Shown here: in pieces, positions 29,514-40,927 of the stretch | Numbering within the stretch: position 1 is the stretch's first letter | How the letters are laid out: every line of letters begins with the position of its first letter | Assembly (NCBI GenBank): GCA_046583355.1 | Contig: JAYGCM010000047.1 | Coordinates: forward strand, 1 to 55,272 | Reading direction: 5' to 3' | Length of the DNA: 55,272 nt | Source of the DNA: Deltaproteobacteria bacterium | GTDB taxonomy: Bacteria; Desulfobacterota; Binatia; UBA12015 | Program-made: the position numbers and the translations under genes | Notes under the pieces: generated by a model | Database searches by the model: none | What the model was told of the DNA's origin: nothing | The model's input: the letters and a program-made list of their open reading frames with translations, nothing else

Positions 29514-30691
29514 AGAAGCCCTTATTACTCGTCCTCAGCCTGCTGCTCGCCGCCTGTTCGGGCGGAGGCTCGACTTCCGCTCCGCCCGAAGAGCCGACGG
29601 CGACGCCAGCCCCGAGCACGACCCCGACGCCGGGCACGGGCGGCCATGCCTTCATCGTGACAGGTGATTTCGAATCCGGCTCCTACGCCGCGCTGCCGCT
29701 GGCCGACCCGAGCAATTCCCGGGTCGACATCGGCGCGGTACACGGCGACGCTGTCGCGCGCAGCTTTGATGGCAGGGTCTACGTCGTAAACCGATTTGGC
29801 GCCGACAGCATCCAGGGCATCGACCCCCAGCGCGACTGGGCGACGATCTTCCAATGCTCCGTCGGCAACGGCTCGAACCCGCATGATATTGCGTTTGCCG
29901 CGCCCGACAAGGCCTACGTCACGCGCTACGAAGAGGCGTCCCTTGCCATCGTCGACCCGAGTGTCGGGCCGGGTTGCGAAGGCTTCATGCGCGGCGAGAT
30001 CGACCTCACGGCCTTTGCCGATAGCGATGGGATCCCCGAAATGGACCAAATGGTCATCGTCGATGGCCTCCTCTTCGTCAGCCTGCAACGCCTCGACCGC
30101 AACCAATTCTTCGAGCCGGCCGGCGAAAGCTTTCTGGTGGTCATCGACACCGCCACCGATACTCCGATCGATACCGCGCCCGAGACTCCTGGAGTCGACC
30201 CGATCGTCCTGCGCTGGACCAACCCGCTCGGCGCCGGCCAAGGCCTCCCGCTGCACCCGGCCACCGGCGATATTATCGTCGCGCAGATCGGCAGTTTCGG
30301 GATCATCGGCGATGGTGGCATCGAGACCATCAGCCCGACCACTTTCGCCAGCACGGGCCTGCTCATCACCGAGGCAGATATCGGCTTGAACATTACGGAT
30401 TTCGTCGCTGTCGACGGCCGCACGGCCTGGGCGATCGGCACCGACGAGACCTTCCGCAATTATATCCTGCAAATCGACACCACGCTGCGCGAGAGCGTCC
30501 GTACCATTTTTGAGAGCGAAGCCTTCCTGCCGGATATGGAATTGGAACGCCACAGCTCCAAGATCTGGCTCACCGACCGCACCTTCGGCGCCGCCGGCAT
30601 CCGCATCTTCTCCGCCACCGACGGCTCCGGCATCGAGAATGCCGTGCGCAGCACCGGCCTGCCGCCCACTGGCATTATCTTCGTCGACTGA
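29510..30691 (+). CDS. Surface lipoprotein, probable beta-propeller (YncE/BtuG-like)
   Basis: Lipobox LLAAC, Pro/Thr linker, VYVVNR, NPHDIAF..KAYVTRY, LVVIDTATD; ATGA overlap with the receptor. Confidence 0.75.
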   Translation: MKKPLLLVLSLLLAACSGGGSTSAPPEEPTATPAPSTTPTPGTGGHAFIVTGDFESGSYAALPLADPSNSRVDIGAVHGDAVARSFDGRVYVVNRFGADSIQGIDPQRDWATIFQCSVGNGSNPHDIAFAAPDKAYVTRYEEASLAIVDPSVGPGCEGFMRGEIDLTAFADSDGIPEMDQMVIVDGLLFVSLQRLDRNQFFEPAGESFLVVIDTATDTPIDTAPETPGVDPIVLRWTNPLGAGQGLPLHPATGDIIVAQIGSFGIIGDGGIETISPTTFASTGLLITEADIGLNITDFVAVDGRTAWAIGTDETFRNYILQIDTTLRESVRTIFESEAFLPDMELERHSSKIWLTDRTFGAAGIRIFSATDGSGIENAVRSTGLPPTGIIFVD

Positions 30692-30768
30692 GACCGGCGT
30701 GCCTCGGCGCCTGGCCGCCGCACGCTCCTCGCGGTGCTGAGCCGCCGTGGCCGCTTCAGCGGAAGCCT

Positions 30769-31956
30769 CTATACGGCCTGGCCTGCGGCATGGCCGCTCG
30801 CCCAGGCCCATTGGAAATTGAAGCCGCCGAGATGGCCAGTCACGTCGGTGACTTCGCCGATAAAATAGAGGCCGGCTTGGCGGGTGCATTCCATCGTCTT
30901 GGACGAAAGCACTTCGGTCGACACGCCGCCGCGAGTGACCTCGGCGGTGCGATATCCCTCGCTGCCGGCAGGAGAGAATGTCCAATGATGAATTCGTTGG
31001 CTCAGAGCACGGACGGCCGAGGCCGAGAGTTCCGCGATCTTTCCCGCGCAGGCGAGTTCTTCGGCGATCTCTACGGCAAGTCGGGCAGGCATCCGGGCTT
31101 CGAGCAATCGGAGCAGGCCACGTTTGGGGCTCTCGCGTCGTGCGGCGGAAAGAAATTTCTCCACAGAAATACCCGGCAGAAGGTCGATCGAGATCGTCTG
31201 ATGGGGCGACCAGTAGGACGAAATCTGCAGAATCGCCGGGCCCGATAGGCCGCGGTGCGTAAAGAGCATATCTTCATCGAAGTAGCCCTCCCCACACCGC
31301 GCGATCACCGGCAGGGACACGCCGGCCAGGCGCTTGGCTTGCGCCTGCGCGCGCCCCGCCAGAACCAAGGGCACCAGTGCCGCCCGGGGCTCGACCACCG
31401 GAAGCCCGAACTGACGGGCGAGTGCGTAGCCAAAACCGGTCGCTCCCATCTTTGGAATGGACGGGCCTCCGGTCGCCACGACCAGAGACCGGCAGCGAAA
31501 CGATTTTCCGTTGGCAACGACGACAAAGCCATCGCCAGCTTTGTCGATTTTGGTGATATCGCTCTTGCACGCAAGCGTGACCCGGCCGGTGGCAGCGCAT
31601 TGCCGGCGCAACATCTCGACAATCAGACCGGCTCCGCCGGGCTGGGTGCAGAAGAGCTGGCCAAGCTTTTTCTCATGCCACTCGATTCCCGCGGCATCGA
31701 CGCGGGCGATGAAATCGCGCGGCGTGAAGCGGGCGAGTGCGGAGCGACAGAAATGGGGGTTCCCGGATAGGAAGTTCTCCGGGCCGGTGTGGAGGTTGGT
31801 GAAATTACAGCGCCCACCGCCGGAAATCCGGATCTTCTTGCCGATCGCGTTGGCTTTCTCCAAGACCAGGACACGGCGGCCACGCTTGCCCGCCTCCAGC
31901 GCGCAGAGGAGACCCGCCGCGCCGGCACCGAGCACGATCACATCGGGGGGGCTCAC
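30769..31956 (-). CDS. HI0933/BaiN-family flavoprotein
   Basis: GAGAAG, GKKIRISGGGRCNFTN, FTHRGLSGP, AEVTRGGV, GGFNFQWAWASG. Confidence 0.93.
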   Translation of the reverse strand: MSPPDVIVLGAGAAGLLCALEAGKRGRRVLVLEKANAIGKKIRISGGGRCNFTNLHTGPENFLSGNPHFCRSALARFTPRDFIARVDAAGIEWHEKKLGQLFCTQPGGAGLIVEMLRRQCAATGRVTLACKSDITKIDKAGDGFVVVANGKSFRCRSLVVATGGPSIPKMGATGFGYALARQFGLPVVEPRAALVPLVLAGRAQAQAKRLAGVSLPVIARCGEGYFDEDMLFTHRGLSGPAILQISSYWSPHQTISIDLLPGISVEKFLSAARRESPKRGLLRLLEARMPARLAVEIAEELACAGKIAELSASAVRALSQRIHHWTFSPAGSEGYRTAEVTRGGVSTEVLSSKTMECTRQAGLYFIGEVTDVTGHLGGFNFQWAWASGHAAGQAV

Positions 31957-31961
31957 GCGGG

Positions 31962-32411
31962 TCAATCGATTGGTGTTTCGACCAGCGATACTTCGCCGCG
32001 CCGGACCATGCGCAGAATCCCGTAGAGCAGCAGGCCGACCGGTCCCGCCATCAAGGTGAGGAAAAGACACGGCGCCACCATCCAGGCCGGAATATCAAGA
32101 CGACGCGCGTCGCGCGCCTCCCAGGCACCCACAAAGAGGTCGAAGGCCAGGTAATGAACCCAGCCGGCGAGCATGGCGCTCGGGTTGGCGAAAAGCAGCA
32201 TGACGCCACCCAGGCTACCGAAGCCCGCGCCTTCGGCCGCGCTACCCGAACCACTGAGCATCGCCCAGATATAGACGAGGCCCAACAACAGCGGAATCCA
32301 GATCGCGTGCACGAGCTGCTGCGTCCATTTCCACCCCGGCGCTACGGCCAGCAGAAGCCACGCGGGAATTACCGCTCGGTTACAAACAAGAAATACGTCT
32401 TCCGGCGTCAT
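31962..32411 (-). CDS. ABA4-like (DUF4281) membrane protein
   Basis: LAGWVHYLAFDLFVGAW..PCLFLTLMAGPVGLLLY. Confidence 0.9.
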   Translation of the reverse strand: MTPEDVFLVCNRAVIPAWLLLAVAPGWKWTQQLVHAIWIPLLLGLVYIWAMLSGSGSAAEGAGFGSLGGVMLLFANPSAMLAGWVHYLAFDLFVGAWEARDARRLDIPAWMVAPCLFLTLMAGPVGLLLYGILRMVRRGEVSLVETPID

Positions 32412-32415
32412 CGAT

Positions 32416-33024
32416 TCATCTCCCTTTTCTTGCCACGCGATTCGCCCGCTCTCCCTTGCCAGGTTGCGGCGGTGGCACGCGGCGCCAATAGGCTTTGCGG
32501 GCAGCCCTCGCGCTCACAGCGGTCATCGAGTCACTGCCGCCGAAGGACGCCTTTCGCTCCGGGTCGACACCCGATTGCAGATCGTCTGTGGCCCAAAGAG
32601 GTTGCCAGCATCCGTGTGCCTCGAGCCGGACACGGACCTCTTGTTGATCCGCCTCGGCAAGCTCGGCAAAATGGCGGCGCAATTCCTCCAGGCACCAGAC
32701 GCGGTAACGCGAGGTGCGGATTCCCTTGTAAGGAGCACGCTCGATGTCGACATCGAAGTGGCTCGATCGTTTCTTCCACGCCTCGGCATTGGCGCGCAGG
32801 TACGGCAGGTAGGCCGAACCGATCGAGTCGAGGATCGGCCCCCAATCTTCGGGAACATGATTCAGCAGATCTCCCTCAGTCACGCTGGCCCGCGCATTCC
32901 ACACCCGAGCCGTCCACTCGTAGACGGCCGGTGCCGTCTCGCGCATGATGCGGCCGCTCACGGGGTCCTGAGCGAAATGGCGAAAGGCCGGACCGAAGAA
33001 GCCAAAATCGACCAGGCTCGGGCC
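32416..33024 (-). pseudogene. 5'-truncated glutathione S-transferase-like gene
   Basis: GST-C motif PSLVDFGFFG..RHFAQDP..APAVYEWTARVWN. Only about 50 bp separate it from the purB stop, leaving no room for the N-terminal domain, and there is no credible start. Confidence 0.7.
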
Positions 33025-33073
33025 CGTACAGCTCCAAGGGAAGGATGGCGTCGGTTTCCACGCAGCCCACCCC

Positions 33074-34450
<1,377 letters not shown>

Positions 34451-34488
34451 CTACGAAGCCCGGGCGCCAGGATCAATTGCTCGGCCCT

Positions 34489-36651
34489 TCAGTCGATATA
34501 GCCCAAAGCGCGCAAGCGGTCGCGGGTCACGGGGTCGAGTTTTTCCTTCTTGATCTCTTCGAGACCGACGCGGGCGCGCCAGCTCTCGAGTTCTTCTTCC
34601 AATTCCACCGGCGCGCCGGCCGCGAGGAAGCGGTTATCATGGGCCTTGGGGTCACCTTCGAGCTCGTAGAACTCATGCTCGCCACCCGAGGACCAGACGT
34701 ATTTCTGCCCGTCTTTGCGAATGCCGAGAAGATGGCCGGCCTGGGTATGCGCGAAGGCCGCCCGCGGATCGCGCAGCAAGTAGGTGAATACGGCCTCGTC
34801 ATCGGCCTTTCCGGTCCGCGCAGCGGCCACCAGGCTCTTGCCGTCCATCGGCGCGCTCGACTCGATTCCCGCCAGTTCCAGAACCGTCGGAAGAATATCA
34901 TTGAGCTCGACCGGCTCGGGGACGCGCTGGCCCGAGGGCAGGCCTGCGGGGTAGCGGATGATCAGCGGGACATGGGTCTCTTCCTCGCTGAGTGCCTTGA
35001 AATGGTAGGCGAGGCCGTGCTCGCCGAAGAGTTCTCCGTGATCGGCCGTGATGACAACAATCGTATCGTCGAGAACACCGAGGGCCTCGAGGCGATCCAT
35101 CATGCGGCCGATATGAGAGTCGAGGTAGGCCAACTCGCCGTCGTAAAGCGCGACGATTTCGGCCCAATCCGCGTCGTCCATCAGCGGTAGCTTGTCGCGG
35201 ACAAAGGTATTGCTGTCGATCGCCTCGCCCTCTTCGAGATCGAAGCGCACGAAGCCACGCATCGGTGCCACGTCAGGCGCGAAGCGCTGGCGGAAGGGCT
35301 CGGGCGGATCGAAGGCGTCGTGCACGTCCATATAATTGACAAAAAGGAAGAAGGGCCGATCCCCATCCAGTCCCTCGATCCATTCCAACGAGCGATCCGT
35401 CAGGTCCTTGCCGCGCGCGCCGACGCCTTCCAGGAAGGTATGTCGGTGGTACCAGCGCACGGCCGTATCCGGCGCGAGCAGGCCGGATTTCACCAACATC
35501 TTCACGACCGGCAATTTGTCAAAGAATTTCAAATAGAAAATATTGACCGGGCCATCCATCACATCGGCAAAGCCCTGGTCGAAACCGGAACGGCGCCCGA
35601 GCGAATAATTCCCCAGCACCGAGGCCGTCTCGTAGCCTTCATCGCGGAAAATCTCCGCCACGGTTTCGTAGTCGGCCGACAGGGCATTATCCTTGCCCGA
35701 ATCAAAGCGCGATGTGACCATTTGGAAATGACTCGGCATCGTCCATGAGGCTTGCGAGATCGCCTTCTCGAAGACGACACCACTCTCGCCCAATTTGTCG
35801 ACGCCCGGCGTCGTCCCCTTATCGTAGCCGTAGATACCGACATGGTCGGCGCGAGTCGTATCCATGATGATCCAAAGAAGGTTCGGCTTGCCGCTGGCCT
35901 GCGACGCACTGGCTCCATAGGGCTGCACGTCGCGCGCCAGGGTGGAACTCACACCCCAGATCAGGGCCAATCCGACCACCAGCGCGCCGGCCGCGCTGGC
36001 GACATTGCCCTCGCCCGTGAACATGGCAAGAATCCGAGTGCCGCACCACCAGAGCATCACGCAGACCACCAAGGCCGCGGCGAAAGACGCGAGCGCCGTA
36101 GAGACCGGCTCGGTCTGTACGATATACATATCCATGTAGCGACCCAGCGCCGTGAAGAGGCCGAAGGCTGTACTCACGTTGATGAAGGAGAGCCAAAGCG
36201 CGACGCCCGCACGCGAGCGCAGGTGCGCGTAGATCGTGAGCGCCAGAACCGCACAGGCGGCGATCACCAAAGCATTGGTTCCCAGGCTGATCGGGGCGAA
36301 GAAGCCCGGCAGGTAGCGACCGTTCAGCGGTACGCCGATCACCATGAGCAAAAAGACACCGATATAGGCGCCCATCAACAAGGGCACGGCCGAGGTGCCG
36401 CGCCAGCCCGTGATCACACGCAAAAACCAGATGCCGAAACCGGCACCGAGGCCCAGAAGCGCACCGAAGATGGCGTAGGTGAGAAGCACGACCGACCAAA
36501 CGCTCCAGGGCTGAAAGAGGTCGAGGAACGAATTCGTGAGAATCTCAGTGCAGCTGAAGGCAACCATTCCGATTGCCCAGCTGAGTGCACCGAAGAAAAG
36601 AGCGGCCGTGAAGTCGGCGCCTATCGAGCGTTGGTTCATCATATTCTCCAT
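34489..36651 (-). CDS. Membrane-anchored sulfatase-like (alkaline phosphatase superfamily) protein
   Basis: Multiple N-terminal TM segments; IIMDTTRADH, ASWTMPSH, NYMDVH, YDGE, TADHGE, RLRALGYI. Confidence 0.88.
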   Translation of the reverse strand: MENMMNQRSIGADFTAALFFGALSWAIGMVAFSCTEILTNSFLDLFQPWSVWSVVLLTYAIFGALLGLGAGFGIWFLRVITGWRGTSAVPLLMGAYIGVFLLMVIGVPLNGRYLPGFFAPISLGTNALVIAACAVLALTIYAHLRSRAGVALWLSFINVSTAFGLFTALGRYMDMYIVQTEPVSTALASFAAALVVCVMLWWCGTRILAMFTGEGNVASAAGALVVGLALIWGVSSTLARDVQPYGASASQASGKPNLLWIIMDTTRADHVGIYGYDKGTTPGVDKLGESGVVFEKAISQASWTMPSHFQMVTSRFDSGKDNALSADYETVAEIFRDEGYETASVLGNYSLGRRSGFDQGFADVMDGPVNIFYLKFFDKLPVVKMLVKSGLLAPDTAVRWYHRHTFLEGVGARGKDLTDRSLEWIEGLDGDRPFFLFVNYMDVHDAFDPPEPFRQRFAPDVAPMRGFVRFDLEEGEAIDSNTFVRDKLPLMDDADWAEIVALYDGELAYLDSHIGRMMDRLEALGVLDDTIVVITADHGELFGEHGLAYHFKALSEEETHVPLIIRYPAGLPSGQRVPEPVELNDILPTVLELAGIESSAPMDGKSLVAAARTGKADDEAVFTYLLRDPRAAFAHTQAGHLLGIRKDGQKYVWSSGGEHEFYELEGDPKAHDNRFLAAGAPVELEEELESWRARVGLEEIKKEKLDPVTRDRLRALGYID

Positions 36652-37772
36652 CAACCGACGATTGTCGATACGGCCTCGATGACGCGACGCACTTCGTCAT
36701 CCGTCAAAAGGCAATGCATCGGCAACGCAATGGTCTGGTTCAGAGCCGCTTCCGCGCGGGGATAATCCCCTTCTTTGTAGCCGAAACGATCGCGGTAGGC
36801 AGGCTGCAGATGGCACGGCGGCCAATAGGAAGTTCCGGACTTTACGCCGAACTCTTTTTCGAGTCGCTCCTTGACCTCGGGCCGCTTGAGGCCATCGGCC
36901 AGAATCAGCGGATATTTATAATAGGCATTTTTCACGCCTTCGGGCAGCGGCAAGACATTCACTTTTTCGAGACCAGCAAAGCCCGCGTCGTAGCGTGCGG
37001 CAACCGACATGCGTTTGGCGATGATCTCATCGAGGCGGCGCACCTGAGTCAGGCCGGCGATGGCCTGGATCTCTGTCATGCGCCACGAATGGCCGACTCG
37101 ATCCTGAATGCCGCGCTTGGAGTCCTCGCCATGAAAACGCAGGCTCACGACACGGTGGGCGAGCTCCTCGGAGTTCGTCGTGACCATGCCACCCTCGCCT
37201 CCGGAGGTGATGATTTTGGTGGCGAGCATCGAGAAGGCCGAGGCATCGCCCAAGGAACCAGCGCGCCCCTCGGCGGAGCTGGACCCGGCCGCATGCGCGC
37301 TATCTTCGAGCAGAAAAAGACCCTTATCGCGGCAATATTGCCGGATCCTTTGCAGATCGGGCGGGATCAAGCCGGCCTGGTGGACCAGAATCAGACCGGC
37401 GGTATTCTCGTTGGTGCGAGCGACGATTTCGTCGTAATCGATCAAGAGCGTGGTCGGAACGATATCGCAGAAAATGGGCGTGCCACCGGCCCAGATCACG
37501 GCATTAGCCGAGGCGAGGAAGGTATTGGTCGGAACCAGAACCTCCTTGCCCTCGCAGCCCAGATAGTCGAGCGCAGCAATGAGCGCCGAGGTGCCGGCGT
37601 TCACCGCGCGTGCGTAGCGCGTACCGCAATACTCGGCGAAGGCGTCTTCGAACTCACCGACCCATTTGCCCTGCATGAGCATGCCGCTCTCGAGCACCTC
37701 GCGGGTATGCTTCATGATGAAGTCGATGTCTTCTTTGACGAAATAGGGCTTGGCTACCTGAATCATTTCCAT
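36651..37772 (-). CDS. DegT/DnrJ/EryC1/StrS PLP-dependent sugar aminotransferase
   Basis: NAGTSAL, TFLASAN, EDSAHAAG, FSMLATKIITSGGEGG. Confidence 0.93.
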   Translation of the reverse strand: MEMIQVAKPYFVKEDIDFIMKHTREVLESGMLMQGKWVGEFEDAFAEYCGTRYARAVNAGTSALIAALDYLGCEGKEVLVPTNTFLASANAVIWAGGTPIFCDIVPTTLLIDYDEIVARTNENTAGLILVHQAGLIPPDLQRIRQYCRDKGLFLLEDSAHAAGSSSAEGRAGSLGDASAFSMLATKIITSGGEGGMVTTNSEELAHRVVSLRFHGEDSKRGIQDRVGHSWRMTEIQAIAGLTQVRRLDEIIAKRMSVAARYDAGFAGLEKVNVLPLPEGVKNAYYKYPLILADGLKRPEVKERLEKEFGVKSGTSYWPPCHLQPAYRDRFGYKEGDYPRAEAALNQTIALPMHCLLTDDEVRRVIEAVSTIVG

Positions 37773-37785
37773 AAGGGGCTCCGCT

Positions 37786-38715
37786 TCAACTCAGCGTGGT
37801 AATCACGATCTCGCGAACGCCCTCTTCAAGCGTCTTGGCGGGATACCAGGGAAAAAGGGAACGGGCCTTGTCGATCGTCGTGTAGCGATCGGGCCAGGTC
37901 TTGTCGGCGGCAGCCGGTGTGTCGATAATGGCGATCTCGCGGCCCGCAAGTTCGCGGGCGCAACTCTGAAAGAGCAAAGCGAGTTCGCGGATCGGCGTCG
38001 CCACGCCCGCGCCGATATTCAGCACGAGAGCTTCCGCGCGATCCGTCGACGCGAGTTCTTCGACGACGTGACAAACATCATCAATATGCACGAACTCGAT
38101 TGCCTGCTTGCCGCCGCCTTGGGTCTTGATCGGTGTGCTGCCAGCAATGGCGTTGCGGAAATGGCCCATCACGTCGGTCTTCACGACCAGGCCAGAGCCG
38201 GGGCCGAAGACATTCGTGAGCCGCAAAATAGCGGCGTTGGCGCGGGCGGCCTCCCACTCGGCCTCGGCCTTGAGGCTGCCGTAGAGGTCGTCGGGGAGGA
38301 GCTCCGAGGTCTCGGCCAGCGGCATCGGGCGCTCGGCGAAAGTCGAGTAGACGGCATAGGTCGAGAGATGCACGACGCGGCGGATGCCAGCGGCCTGCGC
38401 CGCATCCGCGACCAGGCGCGTACCACGGACGATCGTGCGGATCGCTCCGGGTATATCAGCACGGCAGGCACGCTCGCCGGCAAACGATGCCGTATGCACA
38501 ATGGCCACCACACCTTGGAGGGCGTCGGCCAGAGCCGTTTCGTCAAGCAATTCACCGGCGACAAAATCGACATCGCCCGCCGCCGCTTCCTTGAGCGCGG
38601 CAAAACGCGAATCATGACCGAAGGCGCGCACGGCATGGCCGGCCGCCGCCAAATGGCAGACGATGGCTGAGCCGATGTACCCACCGGCCCCGGTCACCAG
38701 AATGCGCCCGCTCAT
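37786..38715 (-). CDS. NAD-dependent epimerase/dehydratase
   Basis: ILVTGAGGYIG, YGSLK, LRLTNVFGP, FVHIDD. Confidence 0.9.
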   Translation of the reverse strand: MSGRILVTGAGGYIGSAIVCHLAAAGHAVRAFGHDSRFAALKEAAAGDVDFVAGELLDETALADALQGVVAIVHTASFAGERACRADIPGAIRTIVRGTRLVADAAQAAGIRRVVHLSTYAVYSTFAERPMPLAETSELLPDDLYGSLKAEAEWEAARANAAILRLTNVFGPGSGLVVKTDVMGHFRNAIAGSTPIKTQGGGKQAIEFVHIDDVCHVVEELASTDRAEALVLNIGAGVATPIRELALLFQSCARELAGREIAIIDTPAAADKTWPDRYTTIDKARSLFPWYPAKTLEEGVREIVITTLS

Positions 38716-40124
38716 GCCGCCACCTCGGCGCCGGCCGAAGGCGGACTGGCGGCTGCTCCGGTCAGGGAATCGAAAATACCGGCCAGGCGTCCCGTGAGGT
38801 TGCGCCGGTCGAAGCGGCGGATCAGCTCGTCGTTCGCCGCTGCCGGCGAGTCGCGTCGCTCGTAGAGCTCGAGCAGCGTTTGTTCGATTTTTTCCTCGTC
38901 GTAGGGATCGACGATTTTCGCGAGCTCGGTCGCCGAGAAAAGTTCCGAGGCCAGCCCCGGCTTGGTCAGACAAAGAAACGGTTTTCGCATATAGAGGTAC
39001 TCGAAGCCCTTGCCCGAAAGCTTTTCGTTGCCGCCGCCTTCGTGCGGAATCATACACATCAAGAGGGCATCACTCTCTTGCAGGTAGCGGATCGAGCGCG
39101 CATGCGGCACCCAGCCTTCGTAGGTGACCCGCTCGGCCAGACCCAATTCTTCGAGAAGGCTATCGTAATAGCCTTTTTTCGCACCCACCAGATGCACCCG
39201 CAGATCGCGCCGCAGACCTTCATGCTTGGCGCAGGCGGCCGCCATCGCGCGGAAAAGATGCTCGGCCGGAAACATCTGCTCGATATTTCCGGTGCCAGTC
39301 AAATGGAATGCCTTCTCGGGCAGAAGCGCTTCCTCTATCTTGTCGGCCTCGCGGAAATCGTCAATATCGTAGCCGTTTGTGACCACCGAGATTCGCTCCT
39401 CTGAGAGAAAATCGTATTTGGCAAGGAAGCGGTCGCGCAAGGGCGGCGCGCTCACCACGATATGGTCAGCGTTGCGCATGACCCAGCGTTCCATTGCCAA
39501 TTCGATTTTCTCACGGCGGGGGTTGCCTATGTAATTGCGCCGACGACGCGGACCATCGGTCCAAGGGTCGCGGAAATCAGCTACCCAGGGAAGGCCCGTG
39601 AGCTTTGCCAGCAGCCCGCCGTAGAGGTGCAGGGAGTTGGGCGGTGAAGAGGTGTGGATCACCGCAGCCCCCTCGCTTCGCACCAGTCGACGCCCGGCAA
39701 ATAATGCGGGCAGCACCCAGAAAATCTGCTGGTCGGGGATCAGCAAGTGCTTGTAGATGAGGTCCTTCAGGCCACCGGCAGCGCCGCCGCGTGCGCTCTC
39801 GCCGCGTTCTTTGCGTGCGTTGGCCGTCGCCTCATCGACACGCGGCGCGGCCTTTTTCCTGGCGCCGCGGAGGCGGCTCAGGAGAGAGCGCAGGCCGTGC
39901 TCGACCTTCTCGATCTCGAAGGTGCGGGTCTGATGGATCGCCACGCCTTGGGGAATTTCGTCCAGCAGGCTTTCGTCCCAGACATTCCAGAAAGGCTTGC
40001 GCGCCGTATGCACCACGGGCTCCCAGCCGAAATCGCGCAAGTATTTGGTGTATTTGAGCGTTCGCTGGACGCCGCCGCCGCCCTGGGGCGGAAAGCGGTA
40101 GCTGATGAGAAAAGCCTTCTTCAT
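38712..40124 (-). CDS. Glycosyltransferase family 4
   Basis: ISYRFPPQGGGGVQR, SSPPNS, WVADFRDPW, TNGYD, KGFEYL. Confidence 0.9.
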   Translation of the reverse strand: MKKAFLISYRFPPQGGGGVQRTLKYTKYLRDFGWEPVVHTARKPFWNVWDESLLDEIPQGVAIHQTRTFEIEKVEHGLRSLLSRLRGARKKAAPRVDEATANARKERGESARGGAAGGLKDLIYKHLLIPDQQIFWVLPALFAGRRLVRSEGAAVIHTSSPPNSLHLYGGLLAKLTGLPWVADFRDPWTDGPRRRRNYIGNPRREKIELAMERWVMRNADHIVVSAPPLRDRFLAKYDFLSEERISVVTNGYDIDDFREADKIEEALLPEKAFHLTGTGNIEQMFPAEHLFRAMAAACAKHEGLRRDLRVHLVGAKKGYYDSLLEELGLAERVTYEGWVPHARSIRYLQESDALLMCMIPHEGGGNEKLSGKGFEYLYMRKPFLCLTKPGLASELFSATELAKIVDPYDEEKIEQTLLELYERRDSPAAANDELIRRFDRRNLTGRLAGIFDSLTGAAASPPSAGAEVAA

Positions 40125-40194
40125 TGGCAAGGGAACGAACGCCCCGCATCTTGCGGGGCGAACAGCAGGAGATGGGCCAACCAACGTCGAGCCA

Positions 40195-40917
40195 TCATGA
40201 GGAAACCACCGGCTTCTCTTCTACCGGAAGAAGCAGCGGGCCGATATCGGTCACCGAGGCGACTCGGATCCGTGCATCCCAGCCCGCGGCACAAACATGC
40301 GTGTCGAACTCGCGATTGTCGACACGGATCGTCGTCATGCCGAGCTCGCCGGAGCCTTTGAAATCGAAAAGCGGGTTGTCGCCGATGTAGACGGAATGCT
40401 CGGGCGCCACGCCCAGCTCGTCGCAAAGCGTCTGGAAGGGCAGCCTGGCGGGTTTGTTCTCTGCCAATGTCGAGGAAAATACCACGGCATCGAAGGTGGC
40501 CGCGAGCTCGAGCAGGCGCAATTTGTTTACCTGTACGGCTTTGCGACCCGAGGTAATCAGGCCTAGTCGGAAATGGGGCCGCAGCGCGGCGATCAGTTCG
40601 CGCACGCCGGCAAAGAGTTCGACCTTGCCCTCGACCTTGGAAAAAAGCCCGAGCAAATCCTCGAGATGCTCTTCCTTGGCAAGGCCTTCCTCGCCCAATA
40701 CATCGTCGAAGAGGTGGTGATAATGCTTTCCCTCGCGCTGTAGGATCTCGTCAAAACGCAAACGAATGCGTCCGCCGTCGCCGCCGGAGCGACGCGCGAT
40801 CTCGGGCGCGATCGTGTCGAGGGCACGCGCAAAATACGCGCCCTCATCATAGAGAGTATTGTCGAGATCGAAGGCGACGAGTTCGATGCCTTCGAGTCTC
40901 TGCGGGCTGCCCACCAT
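40195..40917 (-). CDS. HAD-family hydrolase
   Basis: FDLDNTLYDE, ITSG, KP, YIGDNP..DF. Confidence 0.9.
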   Translation of the reverse strand: MVGSPQRLEGIELVAFDLDNTLYDEGAYFARALDTIAPEIARRSGGDGGRIRLRFDEILQREGKHYHHLFDDVLGEEGLAKEEHLEDLLGLFSKVEGKVELFAGVRELIAALRPHFRLGLITSGRKAVQVNKLRLLELAATFDAVVFSSTLAENKPARLPFQTLCDELGVAPEHSVYIGDNPLFDFKGSGELGMTTIRVDNREFDTHVCAAGWDARIRVASVTDIGPLLLPVEEKPVVSS

Positions 40918-40927
40918 GCGTCGCGTT

